Part shown: positions 9,290 to 19,187 of the stretch, one piece after another
How the letters are laid out: every line of letters begins with the position of its first letter
Position numbering within the stretch: position 1 is the first letter of the stretch
Assembly: GCA_023229425.1 (NCBI GenBank)
Contig: JALNZG010000006.1
Coordinates: 117,130-181,129, forward strand
Source of the DNA: Ignavibacteriaceae bacterium
Lineage (GTDB): Bacteria > Bacteroidota > Ignavibacteria > Ignavibacteriales > Ignavibacteriaceae
Reading direction: 5' to 3'
DNA: 64,000 nucleotides
Translations under genes and position numbers: made by a program
Notes under the pieces: generated by a model
Databases searched by the model: none
What the model was told of the DNA's origin: nothing
Seen by the model: the letters and a program-made list of their open reading frames with translations, nothing else

Positions 9290-10039
9290 ATGAATCGAAA
9301 GAAATTTATTGAATCGCAAGGGGCAACATGTCTAAACTGGACTTGGAGCTGGTCATTTATCAATAAAAAAGATAAAGTCATTATTTTTGGCGCTTGGGAT
9401 AAAGAGACAAATGGTAATACGACTGTTATTTTAGATAAAAAATGGGAGTATAATCCAATTGGACGAAAAAATAAAGCATACACACAGTCTCTTGAACACA
9501 TACGGTTAATTGAAGAAAAAGGTTATTCGCTCAAGACATTCAAAATTATTTATTCAGACGAGAAAAAGGATGTCAATAATAATGGACCAGCCGTTATCAA
9601 AGATTTTATCCCAGAATTAAATACTATGACATTAATAAAAAAGGGCACAAAGTGGTATGCTTTAAATGACCGAATTAGTTACTTTTTACCAGAAGAAGTT
9701 GAAAACCCCACTCAATATTTCGAAGGTGCTTGCAGAAAGGTAACTGTTAATACTTATGAACGTAATTTTGAAGCTAGGAAAAAGTGCATCTCACATTATG
9801 GTTTGAAATGTATTGTATGTTCATTTGACTTCCAGAAAGTTTATGGAAGCCTTGGGGATGGTTATATACATGTTCATCATCTTAAACCTTTATCTGAGAT
9901 TGGAAAAGAATATAAATTAGACCCAATAAAAGATTTAAGACCAGTATGCCCAAACTGCCATGCAATGATTCATAGAAGGCAATCTGATTTGAGCATTGAC
10001 GATTTAAAATCTCACTTGAAAAAAACAAAAAACACATAA
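9290..10039 (+). CDS. HNH endonuclease with uncharacterised N-terminal domain
   Basis: C-terminal CIVCSFDF...GYIHVHHLKPLSEIGKEYKLDPIKDLRPVCPNCHAMIHRR (HNH, CxxC...CxxC). The 150-aa N-domain has no motif I can name. Confidence 0.8.
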   Translation: MNRKKFIESQGATCLNWTWSWSFINKKDKVIIFGAWDKETNGNTTVILDKKWEYNPIGRKNKAYTQSLEHIRLIEEKGYSLKTFKIIYSDEKKDVNNNGPAVIKDFIPELNTMTLIKKGTKWYALNDRISYFLPEEVENPTQYFEGACRKVTVNTYERNFEARKKCISHYGLKCIVCSFDFQKVYGSLGDGYIHVHHLKPLSEIGKEYKLDPIKDLRPVCPNCHAMIHRRQSDLSIDDLKSHLKKTKNT

Positions 10040-10235
10040 CTCGACACGAATAATGTTTTTCGCAAGGTTATAAAATACCTTGTGTAACTGTTTTTTTTAT
10101 AGTGAAAAAGTATTGTGTTATTTCGCCATACATCCACGGATGTTCGCACGACCTCTGCCAAATTTCCTTATTCCTCCGTGCAGTTTCACCAAGTCTCTAT
10201 AATATTGTCATGTGACTTTTTCTGGGGTACTTAAT

Positions 10236-11450
10236 TTATTTCCGCTTTCCAGCATCATTTAAAATGAGATGCCCCATTTTATCTCTTTTCGTTTGCAAAT
10301 ACCGAAGATTGTTTTCGTTCGGGAGAATTTCTATCGGGATGCGTTCTACAATCTCCAAATCATAGCCCTTTAATCCGACAACTTTTTTCGGATTGTTGGT
10401 AAGTAATTTTATTTTGCGGACACCGAGATGAAGCAGTATTTGCGCACCAATTCCGTAGTCGCGTAAGTCCGCGCGAAATCCGAGCGCTTCATTCGCTTCA
10501 ACGGTATCTTTTCCTTCATCCTGTAAATTGTATGCGCGAAGTTTATTCGTTAGACCGATTCCCCGCCCTTCCTGGCGCATATAAACAACAACGCCAACAC
10601 CTTCTTCTTCAATCATTTCGATTGCACGGTTAAGCTGGTCGTGGCAATCGCACCGTAATGAATGAAAAACATCGCCGGTCAAACATTCGGAGTGCATACG
10701 AACAAGCACAGGTTTGGATGGAACAATTTCTCCTTTAACCAAAGCAAGATGTTCTTTCTTCTCAATTTTATTTTCGAAGAGGAACATTCTAAAATTTCCT
10801 TTTGAAGTTGGGAGATTGATCTCTGTAATTTTTTCTACAAGACTCTCTTTTTTAATTCGATACTGAATTAAATCTTTTACGGTAAGAACTTTTAAATTAA
10901 ATTTTTCGGCAAGTTCAATAAGCTGTGGAGTGCGCGCCATTTCGCCGTTGTCTTGTAAAATTTCGCAAAGAACTCCGGCGTGGGTTAAACCGGCAAGAGC
11001 GCACAAATCAACAACTGCTTCAGTGTGCCCGGCACGGCGGAGAACACCTTCATCCATTGCACGGAGCGGGAAGATATGTCCGGGAACCGCGAAATCATTT
11101 CTTCTTGAATTCGGATCAATCATTTTTTTGATTGTTACTGCTCTATCGGCGGCAGAAATTCCGGTGGTTGTTCCTTCAACGGCATCAACGGTTACGGTAA
11201 ATTGCGTTCCGTGTAAAGCGGAGTTTTCATCAACCATTAACGGGAGTTCAAGTTCTTCCAGGCGTTTGCCGGTAAGGGAAATGCAGACTAATCCTTTGCC
11301 GTGCGTGATCATAAAATTAATTATTTCGGGAGTAACAAACTCCGCCGCACAGACAAAATCGCCTTCATTCTCACGGTCTTCGTCATCAATAATGATGATC
11401 ATCTTCCCGTTTTTTATTTCTTCAAGCGCTTCTTCAACGTTACAAAACAT
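10236..11450 (-). CDS. ribBA: bifunctional 3,4-dihydroxy-2-butanone-4-phosphate synthase / GTP cyclohydrolase II
   Basis: [11 protein letters not shown] and GHTEA (RibB half). [18 protein letters not shown] and [12 protein letters not shown] (RibA half). Confidence 0.95.
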   Translation of the reverse strand: MFCNVEEALEEIKNGKMIIIIDDEDRENEGDFVCAAEFVTPEIINFMITHGKGLVCISLTGKRLEELELPLMVDENSALHGTQFTVTVDAVEGTTTGISAADRAVTIKKMIDPNSRRNDFAVPGHIFPLRAMDEGVLRRAGHTEAVVDLCALAGLTHAGVLCEILQDNGEMARTPQLIELAEKFNLKVLTVKDLIQYRIKKESLVEKITEINLPTSKGNFRMFLFENKIEKKEHLALVKGEIVPSKPVLVRMHSECLTGDVFHSLRCDCHDQLNRAIEMIEEEGVGVVVYMRQEGRGIGLTNKLRAYNLQDEGKDTVEANEALGFRADLRDYGIGAQILLHLGVRKIKLLTNNPKKVVGLKGYDLEIVERIPIEILPNENNLRYLQTKRDKMGHLILNDAGKRK

Positions 11451-11618
11451 AGCGAGAACACCTTAGTTAAAACTTTCAGAATATTCTGATCTCAGAACAA
11501 GGATTAACGATTTACGATTTTTGATTTATTCACCAGACTACTTCGTATCGTTCATATCAACTTTTTTAACTTCTTAAATCTAAATTCGTTAATCGTTGAT
11601 CTTAAATCTCAAAAAAAA

Positions 11619-11939
11619 TTAATTTCCGTCTTTGGCTTGTGTAACAATACCAATTGCAGATTTTTCAAATTTCATTTTGACATTATCGGCAACTTTTACA
11701 AGAATTGTTTTTTCTTCAACAGTATCAACCGTTCCGTGGATGCCGCTGAGCGTAACGACTTTGTCCCCTTTTTGAATACCGCTGATAAGTTTTTCTTTTT
11801 CTTTCGCGCGTTTCTGCTGGGGACGAATGATCATAAAATAAAAAATTGCGAAAATAGCACCGAACATTATTAGTGTGCTGTACATACTGCCGCCGCCGTC
11901 TTGTCCGGGAGGCGGAGCCATTGCCAAAAGATAATTCAT
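11619..11939 (-). CDS. yajC: preprotein translocase subunit YajC
   Basis: 106 aa with a single TM and FYFMIIRPQQKRAKE...GDKVVTLSGIHGTV. Abuts the tgt stop. Confidence 0.9.
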   Translation of the reverse strand: MNYLLAMAPPPGQDGGGSMYSTLIMFGAIFAIFYFMIIRPQQKRAKEKEKLISGIQKGDKVVTLSGIHGTVDTVEEKTILVKVADNVKMKFEKSAIGIVTQAKDGN

Positions 11940-13097
<1,158 letters not shown>

Positions 13098-13149
13098 TCA
13101 AATTTGATGGCGAAATTTACGGAAAATGGGGCAGGTAAAAAAAGTTTTG

Positions 13150-14160
13150 TTAGACGATATTAACTTCTTCTTCTAATTGAATTTCAAACTTCTGATAAAC
13201 GTCTTCTTTGATTGCATTTGCCAGTTGAAGAATGTCTTTTCCTTCCGCGCCACCGTAATTAACAAGCACAAGGGCTTGATGTTCGTGCACACCTACATTT
13301 CCAATCCGCTTCCCTTTCCAGCCACACTGTTCAATCAACCAACCTGCGGGAATTTTAATTGTGCTTTCTGAAACCGGAAAACTTTTAACCGAAGGAAAAC
13401 CTTGACTTATATTTTCAAAATGTTTTTTTTCAACTTCAGGATTTTTGAAAAAACTTCCGCAATTACCTAATATTTTCGGATCAGGAAGTTTCTCTTGTCG
13501 AATTTTTATAACGATGTTACGAACATCTGCTAACAATGGATTATTCTTTCCAATACTTTTTAACTCTTGTTTAATTGCACCGTAATTAATTTTCAAGTCA
13601 TCAGTTTTCTTTAACTTAAAAACCACAGAAGTAATGACAAATTTATTTTTCAATTCGGTTTTGAACATGCTTGTTCGATAGCCGAAGATACAATCGCTAT
13701 TGAAAAATGTTTTTTCGGAAAAATCACTTAAAAATATTCCATTTAATGCAAAAAACGTATCTTTCAATTCCTGTCCGTACGCCCCGATGTTCTGGATTGG
13801 TGCAGCTCCAACGGTGCCGGGAATCAATGAAAGATTTTCTATTCCATAATAATTATTCTCAACACAGTAGGCAACAAAATCATCCCACAATTCACCGGCA
13901 AATACCTCTAACAAAACAGAATCTTTCTCCTCATCTTTTTTGTTGATTCCTTTTTTGTTGAATTGAAGAACAAAGCCATCAAAGTTTTTTGTAAAAAGGA
14001 TATTGCTTCCGCTGCCGAGAAATAATATTCTTTCTCCCTTCACCTGTGATAATGCTTCTTTTAGCTCTGATAAAGTATCAACTTCACAAAAGTATTTGGT
14101 TGAAACATTCAGTCCGAATGAATTTTTATTTTGGAGATTATAATTTTTGTGGATGAACAT
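13150..14160 (-). CDS. murB: UDP-N-acetylmuramate dehydrogenase
   Basis: FAD-binding LFLGSGSNILF, the GSFFKNP motif, and C-terminal MurB domain GWLIEQCGWKGKRIGNVGVHEHQALVLVN. Confidence 0.9.
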   Translation of the reverse strand: MFIHKNYNLQNKNSFGLNVSTKYFCEVDTLSELKEALSQVKGERILFLGSGSNILFTKNFDGFVLQFNKKGINKKDEEKDSVLLEVFAGELWDDFVAYCVENNYYGIENLSLIPGTVGAAPIQNIGAYGQELKDTFFALNGIFLSDFSEKTFFNSDCIFGYRTSMFKTELKNKFVITSVVFKLKKTDDLKINYGAIKQELKSIGKNNPLLADVRNIVIKIRQEKLPDPKILGNCGSFFKNPEVEKKHFENISQGFPSVKSFPVSESTIKIPAGWLIEQCGWKGKRIGNVGVHEHQALVLVNYGGAEGKDILQLANAIKEDVYQKFEIQLEEEVNIV

Positions 14161-14165
14161 TTGAT

Positions 14166-15299
14166 TTATTTAATCGCCTGTTCAATATCTGCAATCAGAT
14201 CCTCAACATCTTCAATACCAACGGAGAAGCGGACAAGTTTTTCCGTTAAACCGAATTTCTCACGCTTCTCTTTTGGAACAGATGCGTGCGTCATTGAAAT
14301 CGGATGACATAAAAGACTTTCAACTCCGCCGAGACTTTCTGCAAGCGTAAAAACTTTTGCATTATTCAGAAATTGTTTTGCGGTTTCAAACGTATCGAAC
14401 TCAACGGAGATCATACCGCCAAAACCGGACATTTGTTTCTTCGCAAGTTCGTGCTGTGGATGTTCCGGCAAACCGGGATAAAATACTTTTTTTACTTTGG
14501 GATGCTGCTTCAAATAATCTGCAATTTTAATAGCGTTAGCATTGTGCCGATCCATTCTCACAGCAAGTGTTTTTGTTGAACGAAGTGTCAACCAGCAGTC
14601 AAATGGTGATGGAACCGCTCCCGCAGCATTTTGAATATAGCGCAAACGTTCGTGAATTTTTTCAACACCGGTTACAACAATTCCGCCGATGATATCGCTA
14701 TGTCCGTTTAAATATTTTGTGGTGCTGTGCAGAACGATATCAATTCCAAGTTCGATCGGACGTTGAAAATAGGGACTCATAAATGTGTTATCAACTACGC
14801 TGATGAGATTTTTTTCTTCACATAATTTTGCGACTGCTACTAAATCGGTTAAGGTGAGCATCGGATTTGTCGGTGTTTCAATATAAACCATTTTCGTGTT
14901 CGGTTTTATTTCCGCTTCAATATTTTTCACATCCGAAGTATCAACCCACGAAAAAGAAATTCCGAAGTCAGTCATTAGTAATTCAAACAAGCGGTACGTT
15001 CCGCCATAAACATTATCAGTAACAATTACGTGATCACCACTTTTCAGTAAAGACATTAATGAATGAATTGCAGCTAGACCGGAAGCGAAAGCAATTCCGT
15101 ATTTCCCTTTTTCAAGCGTAGCGATGTTCGCTTCAAGCGCGGCGCGTGTTAAATTATGGGTCCGCCCGTATTCATACCCTTTGTGTACGCCAAGTTCCGG
15201 CTGATGATAAGTTGAAGTTAAATAAAGCGGAGTAATTACTGCGCCGGTTTCTAAATCAGCTTTTTGTCCTGCATGAATTGCATCAGTTGAAAATCCCAT
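14166..15299 (-). CDS. PLP-dependent cystathionine gamma-lyase/beta-lyase family enzyme
   Basis: Cys/Met-metabolism PLP family. The STTKYLNGHSD lysine motif is present. Lies immediately downstream of the CBS gene. Confidence 0.85.
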   Translation of the reverse strand: MGFSTDAIHAGQKADLETGAVITPLYLTSTYHQPELGVHKGYEYGRTHNLTRAALEANIATLEKGKYGIAFASGLAAIHSLMSLLKSGDHVIVTDNVYGGTYRLFELLMTDFGISFSWVDTSDVKNIEAEIKPNTKMVYIETPTNPMLTLTDLVAVAKLCEEKNLISVVDNTFMSPYFQRPIELGIDIVLHSTTKYLNGHSDIIGGIVVTGVEKIHERLRYIQNAAGAVPSPFDCWLTLRSTKTLAVRMDRHNANAIKIADYLKQHPKVKKVFYPGLPEHPQHELAKKQMSGFGGMISVEFDTFETAKQFLNNAKVFTLAESLGGVESLLCHPISMTHASVPKEKREKFGLTEKLVRFSVGIEDVEDLIADIEQAIK

Positions 15300-15316
15300 G
15301 TCGTTCCTTTCAAATT

Positions 15317-16684
15317 TTATAAAGATGACGCGTATTCGATTATATCGTAACGGGTAACAATGTCAATAATTCTTCCGAATTCCAAAACTAAAACTGCGGG
15401 AGATTCAGTCAACTGTTTTTTAACGATTTGTAAATCACTTTTTTCATCAAGGCAAGGGAAAGAAGAACCCATTACTTCCTCCACAGTTGCATCAAGTAAC
15501 GCATGATTATCAACTAAACTCGCCATAACTTTTGCTTCGCGAATGCTTCCGACCGACTGACCGTTTTCGATAACCGGAATTTGCGAAAATCCGTTTATGT
15601 TAAGAACTTCAATAGCATCACGGACTTTATCTTTCGCATGCAAATAGATTAAATTCTTTACCGGTCCGTTTTTCTTTGCGTTTGATAAATCTCTTAGCGT
15701 TTTCATTTCCCGATTTAATAACCGCTTTTCGCGCAGCCACTCATCACTGTGCATTTTACTTAAATATCTTTCGCCCGTATCGCAAACGATAAAAACAATA
15801 ACATCATTTTCAGTTAGATCTTTTGCAATTTCCAAAGCAGCTTTTGCAATAGTACCGGTGCTTCCACCGCAGAATATCCCCTCTTCTTTCGTCAGTGCGC
15901 GTGAAACAGAAAATGAATCGAAATCAGAAACATTAATTATTTCATCTATGACGGGAAATTCAATATTCTCAGGAATGCAATCCTGACCAATACCTTCAAC
16001 TAAATAAGGAACACCTTCGCTTAGCTTTCCATCTTTTTTATATTCTTTTAAAATGGAACCAACCGGATCAGCGCCGATAATTTTTATTTTAGGATTTTTT
16101 TCTTTCAAATATTTTCCAACGCCGCTTATCGTTCCACCGGTTCCAATGCCGGCAACAAAGTGAGTAATTTTGCCGTCCGTTTGTTTCCATATTTCCGGTC
16201 CCGTTGTTTCATAATGAATTTTTGGATTTGCGGGATTTGCGTACTGGTACATAAACAATGCGTTTGGAGTTTCCGCTGCAATTTTACGCGCAACGTTAAC
16301 ATAATAATCGGGACTATCATGTTTAACTGCGTTTGGACAAACAATTACTTGAGCGCCAAAAGCTTTCAAGTAATTTATTTTTTCAGAACTGACTTTGTCG
16401 GTAACGACAAAAACAGATTGGAATCCGCGGATAGCCGCTGCCAACGCTAATCCAATTCCGGTGTTCCCGCTTGTAGCTTCAACTACTGTTCCGCCGGGTT
16501 TTATTATTCCGCGGTTAACAGCGTCATCCAACATCGCAATACCGATGCGGTCTTTAACGCTTCCCCCGGGATTAACCGATTCAAGCTTAGCTAAGATTAA
16601 CGGCTTCAAACCTTTATTAACCTTGTTTAACTTAATCAACGGCGTGTTGCCAATTGCTTCTAAAATATTATTCTTATAATCCAT
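15317..16684 (-). CDS. cystathionine beta-synthase (CysK-like PLP domain plus tandem CBS domains)
   Basis: [28 protein letters not shown], and a C-terminal CBS pair of about 130 aa. Confidence 0.85.
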   Translation of the reverse strand: MDYKNNILEAIGNTPLIKLNKVNKGLKPLILAKLESVNPGGSVKDRIGIAMLDDAVNRGIIKPGGTVVEATSGNTGIGLALAAAIRGFQSVFVVTDKVSSEKINYLKAFGAQVIVCPNAVKHDSPDYYVNVARKIAAETPNALFMYQYANPANPKIHYETTGPEIWKQTDGKITHFVAGIGTGGTISGVGKYLKEKNPKIKIIGADPVGSILKEYKKDGKLSEGVPYLVEGIGQDCIPENIEFPVIDEIINVSDFDSFSVSRALTKEEGIFCGGSTGTIAKAALEIAKDLTENDVIVFIVCDTGERYLSKMHSDEWLREKRLLNREMKTLRDLSNAKKNGPVKNLIYLHAKDKVRDAIEVLNINGFSQIPVIENGQSVGSIREAKVMASLVDNHALLDATVEEVMGSSFPCLDEKSDLQIVKKQLTESPAVLVLEFGRIIDIVTRYDIIEYASSL

Positions 16685-16726
16685 TACATCCTCTTTTTAA
16701 CATTATAACACAAAAAACTCTTCTAC

Positions 16727-16758
16727 AATTCCTAATTCGTAATTCTCAATTCCTAATT
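16727..16758 (-). repeat. heptamer array (sense-strand AATTAGG-type) embedding the fmt stop codon
   Basis: The + strand reads aattc|ctaattc|gtaattc|tcaattc|ctaatt, period 7. The stop at 16753-55 lies inside the array. Confidence 0.8.
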
Positions 16759-17664
16759 AAACCGGTGTCCTCTTAAAAACTCTGCAATCTTCAATCGTTT
16801 CTTCCCTTCCTGTTGTATTTCTAAAATACTTAAAGAATTTTTTTCACAACCGAAGATTAACTCACTTGGAGATTCAAATAATTCTCCCGGATTAAGATTT
16901 CGTTCAACAACTCTTGTTTTATAAACCTTATAAATTTTTTGTTGATGGATGAAAAATGCTGCCGGGAATGGCGAAAGTCCGCGCACTAAATTATGGATAT
17001 CATCTGCATCTTTTTCCCAAACAATTGCACAAAGCTCTTTTGTTATTTTGGGAGCCGGAGTTGCCATTGAGTTATCCTGTGGAAGTAGTTGATGACGCCA
17101 CTGGCGGGATTGCGAATTAATCATTTCAATCGTTTCAGCAACTGCTAAACTTCCGAGCAAACTTAATTTATCATGAAGAGAACCAAAATCATCTTCATCA
17201 TCAATTGGAATTTCTTTTTTCAAATAAACATTTCCGGTATCAACTTTTTCCGCAAGAGCAAATGTTGTTACTCCGGTTTTCTTTTCACCCTTTATTAATG
17301 CCCATTGTATAGGTGCAGCGCCACGGAATTTTGGCAAAAGTGAGCCGTGCAAATTAAATGATCCAAATTTCGGCATCGAATAAATTTCTTTCGGTAAAAT
17401 CCGGAATGCTACGACTACAAAAAGATCGGCTTCTAAATTTTTTAGTTGTTCAATAAAGGTTGCATCATTAAAAGCTTCCGGTTGTAGAACTTTGATTGAA
17501 TGCGCAAGAGCGAATTCTTTAATCGGAGTGAACGTGACTTGCTTCCCGCGTCCGCGCGGTTTATCCGGGGCAGTAACTATAGCTACAACATCATGTTGAT
17601 GATCGAGAATAGTTTGAAGGGAAGGAATTGCAAAATCCGGAGTTCCGAAAAAAATTATTTTCAT
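16753..17664 (-). CDS. fmt: methionyl-tRNA formyltransferase
   Basis: KIIFFGTPDFA, SFNLHGSLLPKFRGAAPIQWALI. Lies directly downstream of def. Confidence 0.95.
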   Translation of the reverse strand: MKIIFFGTPDFAIPSLQTILDHQHDVVAIVTAPDKPRGRGKQVTFTPIKEFALAHSIKVLQPEAFNDATFIEQLKNLEADLFVVVAFRILPKEIYSMPKFGSFNLHGSLLPKFRGAAPIQWALIKGEKKTGVTTFALAEKVDTGNVYLKKEIPIDDEDDFGSLHDKLSLLGSLAVAETIEMINSQSRQWRHQLLPQDNSMATPAPKITKELCAIVWEKDADDIHNLVRGLSPFPAAFFIHQQKIYKVYKTRVVERNLNPGELFESPSELIFGCEKNSLSILEIQQEGKKRLKIAEFLRGHRFN

Positions 17665-17670
17665 AAAATA

Positions 17671-18225
17671 TTACATGGTTCCTTTTTCCGTAACCGGGTA
17701 TTCAATCTCAACTTTTCTTGCAATAATTTTTAGTAATGGTTTCTTTACCATTTTTTTCCCCTCGTCATCAAGACGGTCGGTAAAAAATGTTGCTTGTAAA
17801 TGGTCATACTCATGTTGAATGACTCGCGCAAGCAAATCATGGTCTTCAAGCATATGATCTTTCAAATCAATATCTTGATAAAGGAGTTTTATGCCGAGCG
17901 GTCTTTCAACTTTTGCACGAATGCCGGGTAAACTTAAACAGCCTTCTTCCAAAATTCTTGTCTCTTCAGAGTATTCAACTATTTTTGGATTTATGAATAC
18001 CATTGGCTTTGATTTTTCAAAACCTTTTACAGACGATAGATCAAGGATGAAAATTGATTTATGGCTTCCGACTTGGTTAGCCGCTAATCCCATACCTTCC
18101 GCGTTGTACATTGTATCGAACATATTGTTTATTAACGTAAGAATCTTTGCATCCACTTTAGAAATGCGGATCGCTTTTTTCTTTAATATTTTATCTCCGT
18201 AAAGAGTAATCGGCAGCACTGCCAT
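17671..18225 (-). CDS. def: peptide deformylase
   Basis: GMGLAANQVG, EGCLSLPG, QHEYDHL motifs. Confidence 0.95.
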   Translation of the reverse strand: MAVLPITLYGDKILKKKAIRISKVDAKILTLINNMFDTMYNAEGMGLAANQVGSHKSIFILDLSSVKGFEKSKPMVFINPKIVEYSEETRILEEGCLSLPGIRAKVERPLGIKLLYQDIDLKDHMLEDHDLLARVIQHEYDHLQATFFTDRLDDEGKKMVKKPLLKIIARKVEIEYPVTEKGTM

Positions 18226-18236
18226 AACTGTTTTCC

Positions 18237-19187
18237 TTAACTAATTTCTTCAAATGCAGGCGAAACAGTATCGGCTTCGCCATCGGTAAAAATCAACAAC
18301 TCTGTGGAATAAAAGTACATCCTGATGAGCACTCGAAATATAATTAACAACTGCTGAATTAGAAAGGTAAGAAGGAGGAAGTAAACCGGCTTTTTGGGGA
18401 GTAAACTATCTACAAGATTATAAATTGCTGCACCAATCGCCACAAATATCAGCATGATAAAATATACGGTCATCACTTTAACAAAATTCTTTTTAATAAA
18501 TTGAAAAGATTTATAAAGAGAACGAAATAACTTTGTTGAATCAACTACAACAATAGCCACCTTAGTATAATCTGAAATGATATTAATAATGCTGATAAGA
18601 AGCAGGAAAAAAAGATAGCGAAAAATCTGCACGGCAAATTCTATAAAGGCATTCTCTTTTTCTAAAAAGATCTGCTTAATCCCATAATCAATTAAAACGT
18701 TAATACTGATAGCAACAAAGTAAAGTGAGCTAATAAAGAAAGCGATTTTCAGAAACCTGATATAATACTTTACGCTTCCGTAAAAGAAATCAACCACATG
18801 ATTTTTTTTTGAGTTTGTAAATACTGCAAGTAGCCCGCCTAAATAAAAGAGCTGGAGAAGAATATAAACCCCGGCAAATGTATAAAGAAGGATCGGAATT
18901 GCATCCAGAGAATTTTGAAAAATGTGACGAAACTGAACATACCAGAGATAATCAAATCCAAGACTGAGATTATTGTTGATGAGTGAGTGTGCTAATCCTT
19001 GCTGAAGTACTGAAAATAAAGGAAGTGACAAAGCAAACGCAAAAACAATATTCGTTATCCAGAAAAGTAAAATAAATTTTCTGTGTGCAAAAACCATTCT
19101 TGAACCGGTTACCAGAATTTCTTTAATGGAAAGGTTCAAGACAAACCTCCGAAGATCATCAATAGATTTTGTATCCAGAAGAACCAT
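18237..19187 (-). CDS. hypothetical polytopic membrane protein
   Basis: Six or more hydrophobic helices. The listed start overlaps the upstream gene by 52 nt. The internal ATG at 19097 (MVFAHRKF...) is an equally plausible start. Confidence 0.5.
   Translation of the reverse strand: MVLLDTKSIDDLRRFVLNLSIKEILVTGSRMVFAHRKFILLFWITNIVFAFALSLPLFSVLQQGLAHSLINNNLSLGFDYLWYVQFRHIFQNSLDAIPILLYTFAGVYILLQLFYLGGLLAVFTNSKKNHVVDFFYGSVKYYIRFLKIAFFISSLYFVAISINVLIDYGIKQIFLEKENAFIEFAVQIFRYLFFLLLISIINIISDYTKVAIVVVDSTKLFRSLYKSFQFIKKNFVKVMTVYFIMLIFVAIGAAIYNLVDSLLPKKPVYFLLLTFLIQQLLIIFRVLIRMYFYSTELLIFTDGEADTVSPAFEEIS

Noticed and set aside
10930-11466. Long antisense or alternate-frame ORFs: 10930-11466 (+), 37515-37955 (-), 53460-54146 (+), 16395-16679 (+), 31861-32268 (-), and similar.
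   Set aside because: All lie entirely within strongly supported genes on the other strand or frame. They have low-complexity or biased composition and no motifs, so they are shadow ORFs.
11451-11618. An FMN (RFN) riboswitch was expected upstream of ribBA.
   Set aside because: The 168-nt spacer is AT-rich period-7 repeat DNA. It lacks the GC-rich conserved RFN core (no AGGGCGG.../CCGAC.../GGATGGG-type segments). ribBA may be co-transcribed with yajC.
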